Of a DNA stretch of 64,000 nucleotides, positions 20,956 through 30,765 are shown one piece after another. Source of the DNA: Candidatus Latescibacterota bacterium (GTDB lineage: Bacteria; Latescibacterota; UBA2968; GCA-2709665). A model generated the notes under the pieces. That model was not told the DNA's origin, searched no databases, and was given only the letters and a program-made list of their open reading frames with translations. Made by a program: the position numbers and the translations under genes. The stretch is from positions 5,120,001 through 5,184,000 of the forward strand of contig OZ252100.1 in NCBI GenBank assembly GCA_965248435.1. The letters run 5' to 3'. Position 1 is the first letter of the stretch; every line of letters begins with the position of its first letter.

Positions 20956-21956
20956 AGCGGCTAATTTCAGGTATACCGTTCTGCAATTATCATTATTACA
21001 ACTGCGAACATAGAACATTCGATGTGCTCGTCAGATTTTATGGTTACGAAACGCCGCTCATCCTTCACGCGAATTGGTACTTTTCGTTCCGCAGGCGGGG
21101 CGATGAGAATTTTCAGCTCAGTTCCGGATCGCAGGCCCTCTTTCAAAGTTTGGCAAGATGCGGTATTCAGGTTGTCGTGCATCAGGAGCCCACGATCCAA
21201 GCTGCCTGGGAGCGTGTGGTTTCACAGATTCTGGAAGGACATCCCGTTCCAATCCTGGCAGACCAGAGGCATCTCGAGGACTACTATTTGGTCCGTCAGG
21301 GAGTAGACGGAGGGCACTACGTGATCCTGGACGGTTTTGATGAGGAAAGGAAGACGGTGCACGTCATCGATCCTTCACCCGGGAGAAAGTTTCGAGGAGA
21401 GTTGCCATTTTCCGGTTTCTTCGCAGAGAACGGCAGGATCGATGATGACCGGCCTGGACCTAACTGGTATGAGCTCCGTCTCTCAGAGCCGCGTTGGGCT
21501 CTTTCTGTTGAAGAGGCCGTTAAAACCCTGAGGCAAAACGTTCGTCAAATGCTGCGAGGGAGTGCTTATCTGTCCGATACACTTGTCGGGCTGCAAGGAC
21601 TGCAGATGCTGGCGGAGCAGACGATAGAATGGAGAGATCTAGAGAGCGACGAGGCGCGGTTGCGGCTGAAACACCTGTCAAAATCTCTTAATAATGTCCT
21701 TATGGAACGGGAAGGGCACAGTGATTATCTCAAGCTGGTGGCCCAAGAGATGGATCACCCCGAAGTTGGTATCGTCAGTGAGCAGCTTCGCCACATTGTG
21801 CAAAAGTGGTACGTGTTACGAAATGTCTGTTTAAAGGGCCAGATCAAGGGTCTAGAACAAACGGTCGAGAAACTTTCTGATCGGTTGCGGGAAATCTCAT
21901 GCCTTGAGGAACAGGCGCTGAATCAGTTGAATGGAGTGGTCGGACACTCACGGTAA
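20952..21956 (+). CDS. BtrH-like papain-fold (C39-related) Cys enzyme with C-terminal helical DUF4872-like domain
   Basis: N-terminal NCEH, PVPILADQRHL, GHYVILDGFDEE..VHVIDP, GLQGL..LA, IxxLEEQA. Confidence 0.75.
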   Translation: MKRLISGIPFCNYHYYNCEHRTFDVLVRFYGYETPLILHANWYFSFRRRGDENFQLSSGSQALFQSLARCGIQVVVHQEPTIQAAWERVVSQILEGHPVPILADQRHLEDYYLVRQGVDGGHYVILDGFDEERKTVHVIDPSPGRKFRGELPFSGFFAENGRIDDDRPGPNWYELRLSEPRWALSVEEAVKTLRQNVRQMLRGSAYLSDTLVGLQGLQMLAEQTIEWRDLESDEARLRLKHLSKSLNNVLMEREGHSDYLKLVAQEMDHPEVGIVSEQLRHIVQKWYVLRNVCLKGQIKGLEQTVEKLSDRLREISCLEEQALNQLNGVVGHSR

Positions 21957-22125
21957 GTTTCCCCGCATTTTGAGACAGCTATAGTACTTGGGTACACGAT
22001 CTTTAGAATGTTTCGTGGGAACAAAGCATGCTTTCAACGGCAGGTTCACTGGATGTTTAAAACCCCCAGATCTGCCCGAAAGCCATAAGCGTATGATGGT
22101 ATGATCAAGAAAGGAGGTGATCAAT

Positions 22126-22350
22126 ATGCCGAAGATGAAACCGAAGCTCATCAAACCCCGGAGACGTGATTGCTCAAATGCGGTAGATGCGTATCTGAGC
22201 GAGTCTCAGCAGTGTATGTTAGGTGCCGCAGCATTGGGCACAGCTACGGCTTTAATGGTAGTTATGACTGGAGGGGCCGGCCTTGCCGTTTTCCTTGCTG
22301 CAAATGCGATAGGCGGCCTTGCGCAGGTATCCTATGTTGTTGCCTGCTAG
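22126..22350 (+). CDS. 74-aa candidate RiPP/bacteriocin precursor
   Basis: Strong RBS AAGGAGGTGA; basic leader KPKLIKPRRR; Gly/Ala-rich hydrophobic core; Cys16, Cys30 and terminal Cys74. Confidence 0.7.
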   Translation: MPKMKPKLIKPRRRDCSNAVDAYLSESQQCMLGAAALGTATALMVVMTGGAGLAVFLAANAIGGLAQVSYVVAC

Positions 22351-22582
22351 GATTCCAGAAATCGGTTGCGAATAGCTTTTCGGTTGTAGATCTGGGGGGA
22401 TTAACTTGCGTTTCTCGGAAATTCGTGACATGTATGGAAAGGCTCGTCCAAAAAAAATAGAGAATGGGCCCGATCGGCTTCGAAGAAGTAAGAAGTGCGA
22501 CATCGGAATGAATGTTCGTCCCAAGGAGCCTTCTTATCGCTTGTCAACAGTCATCCAGAACTGACGATGGAAGCGTCGTACG

Positions 22583-23368
22583 ATGAGATCAACACATCAG
22601 TTTCATTCGCAAAGCGCCAGAACTGCGTTACTCAGCAGTAAGAAGATCTGCATTCTTCTCAAGACGAACTTCCTCCTGGGTAAACGACTTACAGAGTCTA
22701 CTTATGTAACAATCCTACTGTATGCTTTGTTTGGATTCTGCACAGCTATTCTAGGAATGCTCTCTCTAATTGCAAAGCCTTGTTTCTTACACGCCACAGT
22801 TTTTTATATAACCTTGCTTGCTCTGGTGCAGGTACTTGCATTGAGTATTTACCAGTCACGATCGGGTATTTACCTAAGTAGATATAAATTGGGGATCTAT
22901 CCTGTATCTAATCACGCTGTCCTATGGTTTTTGTGGCTCAATGAATTTATCGATCTTAAGCTCATAACACTTCTGTTTCCAATATCCACATGTCTGGCGT
23001 TTCTCATCTATCTTCATCGATTAGGGGCAATTTATTATGCAATTCTCATCGCTATTGTTTACGCCACCTTCTGTTTGTTTCTTTTAATCGTAAGATTGAT
23101 TACTGCGGAATTTGAATGGACGCGAACCCCTGTTTCAATTGGAAGTATCGCTCTCTTTCTGGCAATGGCAGTATATTCTAGTCCAGAGAGAAATCGCCAT
23201 CTAATCCACATTGAAAATTCTTTGAGTGGGCAGACTTTCTTCATCAGTATTTTCGGCGTATTTATTCTAGCCTGGCTATTTCTATATGCATGTGCCTACT
23301 ATCTGATTTCTGCTGAACATTTCAAGGAAATGCAAGCACAAGAAACCTACCACGAAGTGTTCGAATGA
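22583..23368 (+). CDS. Multi-pass membrane protein (putative exporter permease/immunity)
   Basis: About 6 hydrophobic helices; AT-rich; overlaps the next gene. Confidence 0.7.
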   Translation: MRSTHQFHSQSARTALLSSKKICILLKTNFLLGKRLTESTYVTILLYALFGFCTAILGMLSLIAKPCFLHATVFYITLLALVQVLALSIYQSRSGIYLSRYKLGIYPVSNHAVLWFLWLNEFIDLKLITLLFPISTCLAFLIYLHRLGAIYYAILIAIVYATFCLFLLIVRLITAEFEWTRTPVSIGSIALFLAMAVYSSPERNRHLIHIENSLSGQTFFISIFGVFILAWLFLYACAYYLISAEHFKEMQAQETYHEVFE

Positions 23369-24090
23369 GTGCCTGTATGACAAGCCCACGAACAGCGAAT
23401 ATAAACATTCCGTATCTCTTGCGTCTTTTAAGCTCAAACTTGCGTTTGACCTGTCGATATTCGGGAATGAGATTTCCTTTACTTTGGATTTCAGCATATT
23501 GCATTCCTTACCTGGCATATGAAACAACGGGCGTCCCAAACCCTGCGTTTAATTTTATTGCCTTGATCGCTTTAATGTTTTCATGCGAACCGTTTCTTGT
23601 GGATGCCTTAAACGGCGAGGTAAACACGCTTGTTCGATACATTGCCAGCGGCGTGGATCTGGTTTATGTCATCCTTATGAACAATACCATCTCGATCTGT
23701 ATTCTTTGCACCTCCTTTTTGCTCCTCGCCTTGGAGATAGAAATCATCAGCGTGCACTCCGGGAATCCTGAAATTTCCGAGACGACACGGTTTATGGGTA
23801 TGTACCTTTTTGCTGCCATCTTTCCTCTGCTGGTCCTTGGAAACTACGCATCGGTTCTTAGACATTCTCTGGGCATTCGGAGAAACGGAACGCTTTTGCG
23901 TCGAGTAGTATTGAGCACAATTCTAATCAGTTTGGCATCGATTCCCTTTGTGATTTGTGAACTCTTCTTTGACACAGTTTTTGTTACCCTGACTGTGATT
24001 TGTTTGAGTATCGGAACGTGGTATATCGTCAGCATTAGGCACGTAGCCCTTATCGCCCGACAACAGATATTCGATTTGATGGAGCTCTGA
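23365..24090 (+). CDS. Multi-pass membrane protein (putative ABC-2-like permease)
   Basis: About 6 TM helices; directly abuts the ATPase. Confidence 0.7.
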   Translation: MSACMTSPRTANINIPYLLRLLSSNLRLTCRYSGMRFPLLWISAYCIPYLAYETTGVPNPAFNFIALIALMFSCEPFLVDALNGEVNTLVRYIASGVDLVYVILMNNTISICILCTSFLLLALEIEIISVHSGNPEISETTRFMGMYLFAAIFPLLVLGNYASVLRHSLGIRRNGTLLRRVVLSTILISLASIPFVICELFFDTVFVTLTVICLSIGTWYIVSIRHVALIARQQIFDLMEL

Positions 24091-24879
24091 ATGGCAACAA
24101 ATGCGCTACAGGTAGAGAAATTGAGTAAGCATTATCGCAAGGGTGCCGTCAAGGCGCTGGATCTGCTTTCACTGGATGTCAAGAGAGGACGGATGTTCGG
24201 GGTGGTTGGGCAGAATGGTGCTGGCAAGACAACACTAATTTATATCATCGCAGGCCTTATCCGTCAGACAAAGGGCAGGTTTTTTATTTTTGATGAGGAG
24301 GTCGAACAGACTGATTATCACTATCGCCGCCGCATCGGTTTCGTGTTGGAGCGTCCGATGTATTTCAATAAGCTCACAGTTAAGGAGTATCTAGAGTTCG
24401 TTGCGGGGATGTACGACATTCCAAAGCAGGAAACGCGCCTAAAGATTGAAGAATTGATCGAATTTTTTGATCTACGCCAAATGGCGGATAGATACATCGA
24501 AACCTACTCAAAGGGAATGAAACAAAAGGTATCTCTCGCCGCTGCTATTATTCACGAACCTGATTTATTGATCCTGGATGAACCGTTTGACGGCATCGAC
24601 TTTGCGTCTTCTGAGGAGATCAAGAACCTTCTTTTACAGATGAATGCCAAGGGCATTACGAGTGTTATTACTTCCCACATTTTGGAGCTTGTCGAATCGC
24701 TATGTGATGAGTGCGCCATTATTCACGAAGGACGAGTGGTGTTTCAAAGCACGATGCAAGATCTTGAGGTGCAGCTCCGGAATACTTCCGATGGTACGCC
24801 GAAGTCTTCTCTGAGGGATATTTTTATGCAGATCACGGCGGCTGATCGGAAGCACAAGTCTCTTTCATGGTTGTCGTGA
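24091..24879 (+). CDS. ABC exporter ATPase
   Basis: GQNGAGKTT, YSKGMKQK, ILDEPFDG, TSH. Confidence 0.95.
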   Translation: MATNALQVEKLSKHYRKGAVKALDLLSLDVKRGRMFGVVGQNGAGKTTLIYIIAGLIRQTKGRFFIFDEEVEQTDYHYRRRIGFVLERPMYFNKLTVKEYLEFVAGMYDIPKQETRLKIEELIEFFDLRQMADRYIETYSKGMKQKVSLAAAIIHEPDLLILDEPFDGIDFASSEEIKNLLLQMNAKGITSVITSHILELVESLCDECAIIHEGRVVFQSTMQDLEVQLRNTSDGTPKSSLRDIFMQITAADRKHKSLSWLS

Positions 24880-24916
24880 GAATCCATTCGCTTGTTGGAA
24901 TGCCATAACCAATCTA

Positions 24917-26404
24917 TTGAAAATGACCATGTTAAAAGGGATAAAGAACTGCTTCCTCGGCGAATACACTAAGAGCCGTAATGCCTTTGAGCACATATGC
25001 CTTCCGGATGAAGGAAGGGAGTTTCTGAAGCCGTCCATAGAAATCTTTACCCAGGAGGTTTACGACGCCTGTGAGGGCCAAAGAGAGAGGGCAACCTGTG
25101 AATTTCAAATAGGAAATAGGGAATTTGAAGACTCCAAGTTTCGTAAGGCAGCGGCTTCGTACTCGGACTCCTTGGTGGCCCTAGAGAGTTTGTCCGGCTA
25201 TATATCTCGTGGCGTTTCTCTGGTGATGCTTTCGGAGCTTTGCGAAGCGGCCAGGATGTTTGAGAAAGGGTGGGATCTGGCACTTCAACAGCGCTCTCAT
25301 CGGTTTAAAGCAGCAATTGGAATCAACTTGGGCCAGGTTTATGTCGATTTGGGTAGGTTAGATTGTTCCCACAAAATCCTAAGGGACGTTGTTGAGGATT
25401 GTCGCGAGACCGGAGATCTTGATTTAAAAGCGATGGCGCTTGCTCATCTCGCCCTAATGATGTTTGTCAGGGGGTCATACGACGAGGGAATTGAGAGCTG
25501 CAACCTCGCGAGTGAGATTTGTCAAGGAGGAGAAGATGACGCTCGAGCCCTTTTTGCTAAGGGCGTCCTGTTTATGGCAAAAGGGGACCTTGAGGAGGCA
25601 CAAACTGTCTTGCAAGAAGGAACAAGATTGCTCAAGGACCTCAAGTATTCTTACACTGACGCCCGAATTCGGTTACAGCTGGCACATCTCCAGTTGCTTA
25701 AGGGAAAGGGGCAGGAGGCATTGGAGGTTTCTAAGGGCGCCCTTCACGGTTTTCAACGGATCCTAAGTCCACAAGGCGAAGCTCGAACCATAGGATTGAT
25801 TGCGATTATTCGTTCTTCCATGGGGGACACTGAACAAGGACGTCAGCTGTTCCGAAAGGCTCTGGCATTAGACCGCCAGACCGGATATCGACGTGGTGAG
25901 ATCAGACAGCTTCTCAATTGGAGCAAGATCAGCCTTCAACTAGGCGATATTGAAAATGCCTGTACCTTATCGCAGGAGGCTGAGAGGCTTGCTCTGATGA
26001 TCGGTCATACTATCGCGCTTCTGGAAGCTACGCCTTTGCGTGCATTGTCGTCAGGGAATATCTCGGAAATAGATAAGAATACCACTTTGAAAGAATGTTT
26101 GGAATTAAGCAGAACCACTTGTATCTCCGTCGGTGAAATCCAGATCCAGCAGTTTCTTAGTTCCGATTACCTGGGCTGTGGACAGCTGGATGAAGCGCTG
26201 GACTGTTGTCGAAAAGCAGTGGATTTGAGCCGAGATTTGGGAAATCGCGTCGAGCAAGCGAAGTCTCACGGCTTCCTGGCCCAGCTATTGGATCAGAAAG
26301 GGGAGCATCAGCTCGCGGCTGAGCAGGTAGGAATCGCCGAGGCAATGCTGCAAAGTATGGGCATTCCGATACAGCCGAGAGGTCAGGTCCCGTTTCCGAA
26401 CTGA
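24917..26404 (+). CDS. TPR-repeat protein (MalT/NB-ARC-type TPRs)
   Basis: Repeated NLGQVY..G, EA..AL..R..G.R.GE helices; no catalytic domain recognised. Confidence 0.75.
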   Translation: MKMTMLKGIKNCFLGEYTKSRNAFEHICLPDEGREFLKPSIEIFTQEVYDACEGQRERATCEFQIGNREFEDSKFRKAAASYSDSLVALESLSGYISRGVSLVMLSELCEAARMFEKGWDLALQQRSHRFKAAIGINLGQVYVDLGRLDCSHKILRDVVEDCRETGDLDLKAMALAHLALMMFVRGSYDEGIESCNLASEICQGGEDDARALFAKGVLFMAKGDLEEAQTVLQEGTRLLKDLKYSYTDARIRLQLAHLQLLKGKGQEALEVSKGALHGFQRILSPQGEARTIGLIAIIRSSMGDTEQGRQLFRKALALDRQTGYRRGEIRQLLNWSKISLQLGDIENACTLSQEAERLALMIGHTIALLEATPLRALSSGNISEIDKNTTLKECLELSRTTCISVGEIQIQQFLSSDYLGCGQLDEALDCCRKAVDLSRDLGNRVEQAKSHGFLAQLLDQKGEHQLAAEQVGIAEAMLQSMGIPIQPRGQVPFPN

Positions 26405-26499
26405 ACCAGATCCCTCCGGAATACTATTCATCCAACGAGATACGCTTCACGAGATACGAGATATGATTTGGATAACGCGCAGAACTGCGGAAGGGCGGG

Positions 26500-26880
26500 C
26501 TAACTCACCTGTTCTGAATCGTTCTTCTCGAGCAGGCGCTCGATCCGTTGGGCGAGGGCATCCATCCGAACAGGTTTGGTCAGGTACTCATCGGCTCCGG
26601 ATTCGTAGAGCAGGTCGGCGATTCTGTAGTCGTTGAGGGCGGTGACGACGATCACCGGTGTGTCGGGTGCCACAGTCTTTATGCGGGGGAGGAGTTCCAG
26701 GCCGTTCACATCGGGCATCTTGATGTCCAGCAGGACGACGTCGGGACGGGTTCTCTGGATGGATGCGAGTCCCTTCTCCGCTTCAAAGGCCACACTGACT
26801 TTGTGTCCCTTTGCCTCGAGGAAGGTCTTTACGACGTCGCAGAAGTCGGGTTCGTCGTCGATAACGAGGATGTTGGGCAC
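26500..26880 (-). CDS. Single-domain response regulator
   Basis: ILVIDDE, LLDIKMPDVNG, VVTA, YLTKP. Confidence 0.93.
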   Translation of the reverse strand: MPNILVIDDEPDFCDVVKTFLEAKGHKVSVAFEAEKGLASIQRTRPDVVLLDIKMPDVNGLELLPRIKTVAPDTPVIVVTALNDYRIADLLYESGADEYLTKPVRMDALAQRIERLLEKNDSEQVS

Positions 26881-27035
26881 GTCTACTTGCCTTTCTGATG
26901 CGATTGAAGAGTCAACTGGTGGAGGGCCGCGGAGACAAGGAACTTTCCCCCGAATTCCTCAAGACCTGGCTCACCTGCCCGCCGCGGCCCGCGCTCCATC
27001 AGTTCAGCAACACCTGGCAGCTGCATACTGTAAAC

Positions 27036-27050
27036 GCAAAGGTTATGCCA
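27036..27050 (-). promoter_or_regulatory. Putative sigma-54 (-24/-12) promoter
   Basis: Minus strand TGGCATAACCTTTGC (GG-N10-GC), about 155 bp upstream of the response regulator. Confidence 0.55.
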
Positions 27051-27270
27051 CAGGAGCAGAGTCGAGGCGGGTTTACGCCAGGTGTCAGATTATCAATGTC
27101 TTAGTCCCATCGGGCAGGTCTCGACACGCGACTCCCTCCTGGATTTGTCCTCCCGGCATGTTATAGAATGTTATATTCTGACTGCCGTTTCATCCTGTTT
27201 GTGACCCGGGTGAAGGCCCGCGATCGCAGCCAAGAAACGACTTATCTGGATCTCTTAGAGGAAGTTTCCG

Positions 27271-28062
27271 ATGGGCATCGTGACCGTGACGCTCACGACC
27301 GACTTCGGTCTCCGAGACGCCTACGTGGGCGCCGTAAAGGGGGTCATTCTCGGCATCTCCCCTGAGGCCCGTCTGGTGGACATTTCACACGAGGTCCCGC
27401 CCCAGGATGTGGAGGCCGGGGCCTTCCTCCTGGCGGGTGCCACTTCCTACTTCGCCGACGGGACGGTGCACCTCGCCGTCGTGGACCCGGGCGTGGGCAG
27501 CGACCGAAGGGGACTGATTGTCGAGACCTCCCGCCATCATTTCGTCGGACCTGACAACGGCATCTTCAGCCCGGTCTTTGCCGCCGAGGAAATCAAGAAG
27601 ATCGTGGAGATCCAGAATCGAGACCTGGCCCTTCCGAACGTGAGCGACACGTTTCACGGGCGGGATCTGTTCGCCCCGGCGGCCGCACATCTGTGCAACG
27701 GCGTCCACGTGGACGCGTTCGGTCCCGAGATAACGGACCCAAAGACCCTGGACCTCTGGGAGACGAAACAGAGCGAGGCGCGGCTGACCGGGAAGGTCGT
27801 CTCCGTAGATACGTTCGGAAACGGGATTACGAATCTTTCCAGGAGAGAGATCGAGGTATGGGCCAAGGGACGCCCGTTTCGGGTCGAGATCGGGAGGTGG
27901 ACGTTCGACAGCATCTCCCGGACCTACGCTGATGAGGCGGTGGGTGAGGCGCTGGTCCTCTACGGGAGCAGGGACACGCTGGAGGTCTCCATCTGCAGCG
28001 GAAGCGCGGAAGCGGTGATGGGACTTTCGCGCGGCAGCGAGGTGAATTTGGTCAAAGCGTAG
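27271..28062 (+). CDS. SAM hydroxide adenosyltransferase / halogenase family (DUF62)
   Basis: TLTTDFG, AVVDPGVGS.R, GPDNG, TFHGRDLFAPAAA, D.FGN.ITN. Confidence 0.92.
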   Translation: MGIVTVTLTTDFGLRDAYVGAVKGVILGISPEARLVDISHEVPPQDVEAGAFLLAGATSYFADGTVHLAVVDPGVGSDRRGLIVETSRHHFVGPDNGIFSPVFAAEEIKKIVEIQNRDLALPNVSDTFHGRDLFAPAAAHLCNGVHVDAFGPEITDPKTLDLWETKQSEARLTGKVVSVDTFGNGITNLSRREIEVWAKGRPFRVEIGRWTFDSISRTYADEAVGEALVLYGSRDTLEVSICSGSAEAVMGLSRGSEVNLVKA

Positions 28063-28089
28063 TCGATTACGGTTTGGATTCCACGACGG

Positions 28090-28773
28090 CTACGGAAGGA
28101 TGTCGAGCAGGTCTGAGATCTGATCGATCTTGTAGTCCGCCTGCTCCTCAGCGTTCTTCGGGGTGCGGGTAGCGTCTCTGCCGTGACGGATGTGCGCCGT
28201 CGACATGCCGAGCCGGTTTGATGCGGCGATCTCGGCATCCAGCTTGTCACCGACGGAGAGGATCTGATCCGGGGGGAGTTCCAGCCGCGCCGCGGACTGC
28301 CGCAGGGCGGCGTCCTTCAAAGGGCCGTCAGCATCGTCGTGCAGGGTCAGTGTCCCCTGTTCTTCGTTGAAGTATCCGTCGAGCGCGAGTCGGCTGACCT
28401 TTTCGCGCTGCCGAAGAGGTCGACCCGCGGTCACGACCGCAAGCAGATAGCCCCTTTCCCGGAGTGTATCGAGCGTTTGCTCCACTCCAGGAAAGGGGTG
28501 AATTGTTTCCACCTCCGGCCTGTTGTAGGCCTCGAGTGCGAGATCGGCGACGTAGGGGGAAAGTTTATAGCGCTCGCAAATCTCTCTGATGGCCCCGGTC
28601 GAGCCGTGTTCCAGAGCGAGTTCAGCCTGAAGGCTGCAGAGCGCGTCCACTTCAAGATCCGAGGCTTCCGACACGATGCTTTCGGCAGCCCTCCGGCGAG
28701 CCGGTTCGGTCAGCTGCCCGGTACAGTCGAAGAGGGTGTCGTCCAGATCGAAGATGACTGCCTTGATGGGCAT
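28090..28773 (-). CDS. HAD-superfamily hydrolase
   Basis: IFDLDDTL, VVTAG, VGDKLDAEI. Confidence 0.9.
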   Translation of the reverse strand: MPIKAVIFDLDDTLFDCTGQLTEPARRRAAESIVSEASDLEVDALCSLQAELALEHGSTGAIREICERYKLSPYVADLALEAYNRPEVETIHPFPGVEQTLDTLRERGYLLAVVTAGRPLRQREKVSRLALDGYFNEEQGTLTLHDDADGPLKDAALRQSAARLELPPDQILSVGDKLDAEIAASNRLGMSTAHIRHGRDATRTPKNAEEQADYKIDQISDLLDILP

Positions 28774-28809
28774 GCTGGGATCGATGTCACGGAGGTTGTT
28801 TACCGGAGT

Positions 28810-30765
28810 TCACGATTCGCCCGAGGCACCGGGCAGGTCGAGTCCGCAGTAGATTCTGCAGATCGCGTCGGCCACCTTTTCGGGGCTGTGACTGATGAAG
28901 TCGCCGACGCCGCGGTTCATCGCCTCGGTTTGATAATCCTCTGTCAGGTCTGCCTGCGTCCAGTGTGCGAGTCCGTCGAGTTGGTTGCTGTCGCACTCGA
29001 CGAGTTCTTTCTTGTCCTTCCTGTAGCGATCGAGCAGCCGCTTCCAGACCTTTCCTGAAGGTGTCTGAAAGAAGGTTTCATCCTGTACGAGAACGTGGTC
29101 CAGAATCTGATTTCCCCTGGCATCCGGAAGATGACGAAGCAGCAGCCTGAGGTGATCGGAAGCCGCGAACCCATCGGTTTGACCGGGCTGGGTCATGATG
29201 TTGCACACATACACCGTCAGTCCGTCGGTGCGGTCGAGCAGCGCGTTTTGGATGTCGGGGACCAGCAGGTTAGTGATGACGCTCGTGAAGAGGCTGCCCG
29301 GTCCCAGGACGACGATGTCGGCTTCAGCGATCGCACGCGCGGCCTCCTTGGATGCCCGAGCGCGATTCTTCGACGGGCGAAACGTCTTTCCCTTTCTTGC
29401 GTGGATCTCGACCTGACCGCTGCCCAGATCTTCGTGGCGTTCGAGGGTCCCGTTTTTCCGTTCGACCTCCCTCAGAATATCGTCGTTCAACACGAGGTAG
29501 GCGCGTTTCAACGGGGGCTTCGCCGGTTTTCTCACCATCCATTCCGTGTAGCGGTGCTCTCCGTTTTCGAGCTCGGCACAGAGGTGGACGTTGTCGGTCG
29601 ACGCCGGAAAGATGGTTCCTTTGACGTGCAGCATCTCACTCGCCGTTCGAATCGCTTCCTGGAAGTCCCCGCTCTGCTGGGTGAGCGCCGCGACGAGAAA
29701 ATTTCCGATGTGGTCATTCTTGAAGATTCCGGCTTCCTGCTCGTTATCGGGAAAGCGGTGCTGAAACACACTGTGGAGACCGGGTGGGATGTGACGAGGG
29801 TCCGCGAGGGCAATCAGGGCGTTGCGGACGTCTCCCGGCGGCTGCACGCCGAGATTCCAGCGGATTCGACCCGAAGAGGCGCCGGTATCCGTCACCGAAA
29901 CGACGGCCGAAGGGCTGTTCGTGTAGGTCTGCATGCCGGTGAGGACGGTCGGAAGCCCCGTGCCGCCACCGATGGCCACGACTTTCAGGTTGTCTCGGTC
30001 TTTTCCGAGCCTGGCGAGCTTGAGCAGCGTGGGCAATTGGGCAAGGTAGCGGATCTGGTAGTCGGGTCGATCTCCCTCCGCCGGTTCTTCTTCAGCGAAC
30101 CGTCCCTTTTTCAGCCACACCGTCGTCAGACCCATCCTGTTTCCGGTTCGGATTTCGTCCTGTGCGCGGTCCCCGACGCAGGCGACCTCCCCGGTGCTGA
30201 GGTCGTGTTCCTTCAACAGCTCCCGGAACCAGTAGTCGTGGGAGCGTGGGCCTTCGTTTACGATTTTGTCGAAGTGAGGTGCAAGCCCGAGCCGATCGAT
30301 CTTGTTTCTCTGGCGAGCGGGTCTTCCGAGGGTGACCAGAAAGAGCAGGATGCCGTCGTTCCGGAGCGCCTTCAGGGTCTCAAAGGCATCGGCAAACGGC
30401 CTGAGGTCCTCCACATCTTCGACGTTGTAGATTTGCTCGAGATCTTCCACGAGGCTTTCGACCGGATCGGCGTCCGACTTCTTCCCTTTCGTGCGAGTCT
30501 TGAGGTAGCGACGAAAGGCATCCGGTTTGTCTTTGAGCAGGCCCTTGGCGATGTCGTAGAACGCGAAGTAGAACGGAGAGGAGGAATAGTAGGGGCCGTG
30601 TCGGCGTTCCAGGTCGTTGATGCGCCTCAGCGCGTAGTCTCTGGACGAGAAGAAACCGTTGCCGTAGAGGTAGTCGGCAACGCGGCCTCGCGCGGCGTGT
30701 ACGAGTGGCGTCAGATCAAACAGCGTCCCGTCAAGGTCGAAGATTATGGCTCGAACATCTTTCAT
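28810..30765 (-). CDS. HAD hydrolase fused to a YvcK/CofD-like (UPF0052) domain
   Basis: N-terminal FDLDGTL..VGDR; then VVAIGGGTGL, PPGDVRN, LGPGSLFTSVITNL, CNIMTQPGQT. Confidence 0.9.
   Translation of the reverse strand: MKDVRAIIFDLDGTLFDLTPLVHAARGRVADYLYGNGFFSSRDYALRRINDLERRHGPYYSSSPFYFAFYDIAKGLLKDKPDAFRRYLKTRTKGKKSDADPVESLVEDLEQIYNVEDVEDLRPFADAFETLKALRNDGILLFLVTLGRPARQRNKIDRLGLAPHFDKIVNEGPRSHDYWFRELLKEHDLSTGEVACVGDRAQDEIRTGNRMGLTTVWLKKGRFAEEEPAEGDRPDYQIRYLAQLPTLLKLARLGKDRDNLKVVAIGGGTGLPTVLTGMQTYTNSPSAVVSVTDTGASSGRIRWNLGVQPPGDVRNALIALADPRHIPPGLHSVFQHRFPDNEQEAGIFKNDHIGNFLVAALTQQSGDFQEAIRTASEMLHVKGTIFPASTDNVHLCAELENGEHRYTEWMVRKPAKPPLKRAYLVLNDDILREVERKNGTLERHEDLGSGQVEIHARKGKTFRPSKNRARASKEAARAIAEADIVVLGPGSLFTSVITNLLVPDIQNALLDRTDGLTVYVCNIMTQPGQTDGFAASDHLRLLLRHLPDARGNQILDHVLVQDETFFQTPSGKVWKRLLDRYRKDKKELVECDSNQLDGLAHWTQADLTEDYQTEAMNRGVGDFISHSPEKVADAICRIYCGLDLPGASGES

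Noticed and set aside
27271-28062. Fluorinase/chlorinase linked to the peptide cluster
   Set aside because: It retains the Asp/Arg/His pattern of DUF62 SAM hydrolases and lies in the housekeeping block, separated by a convergent gene.
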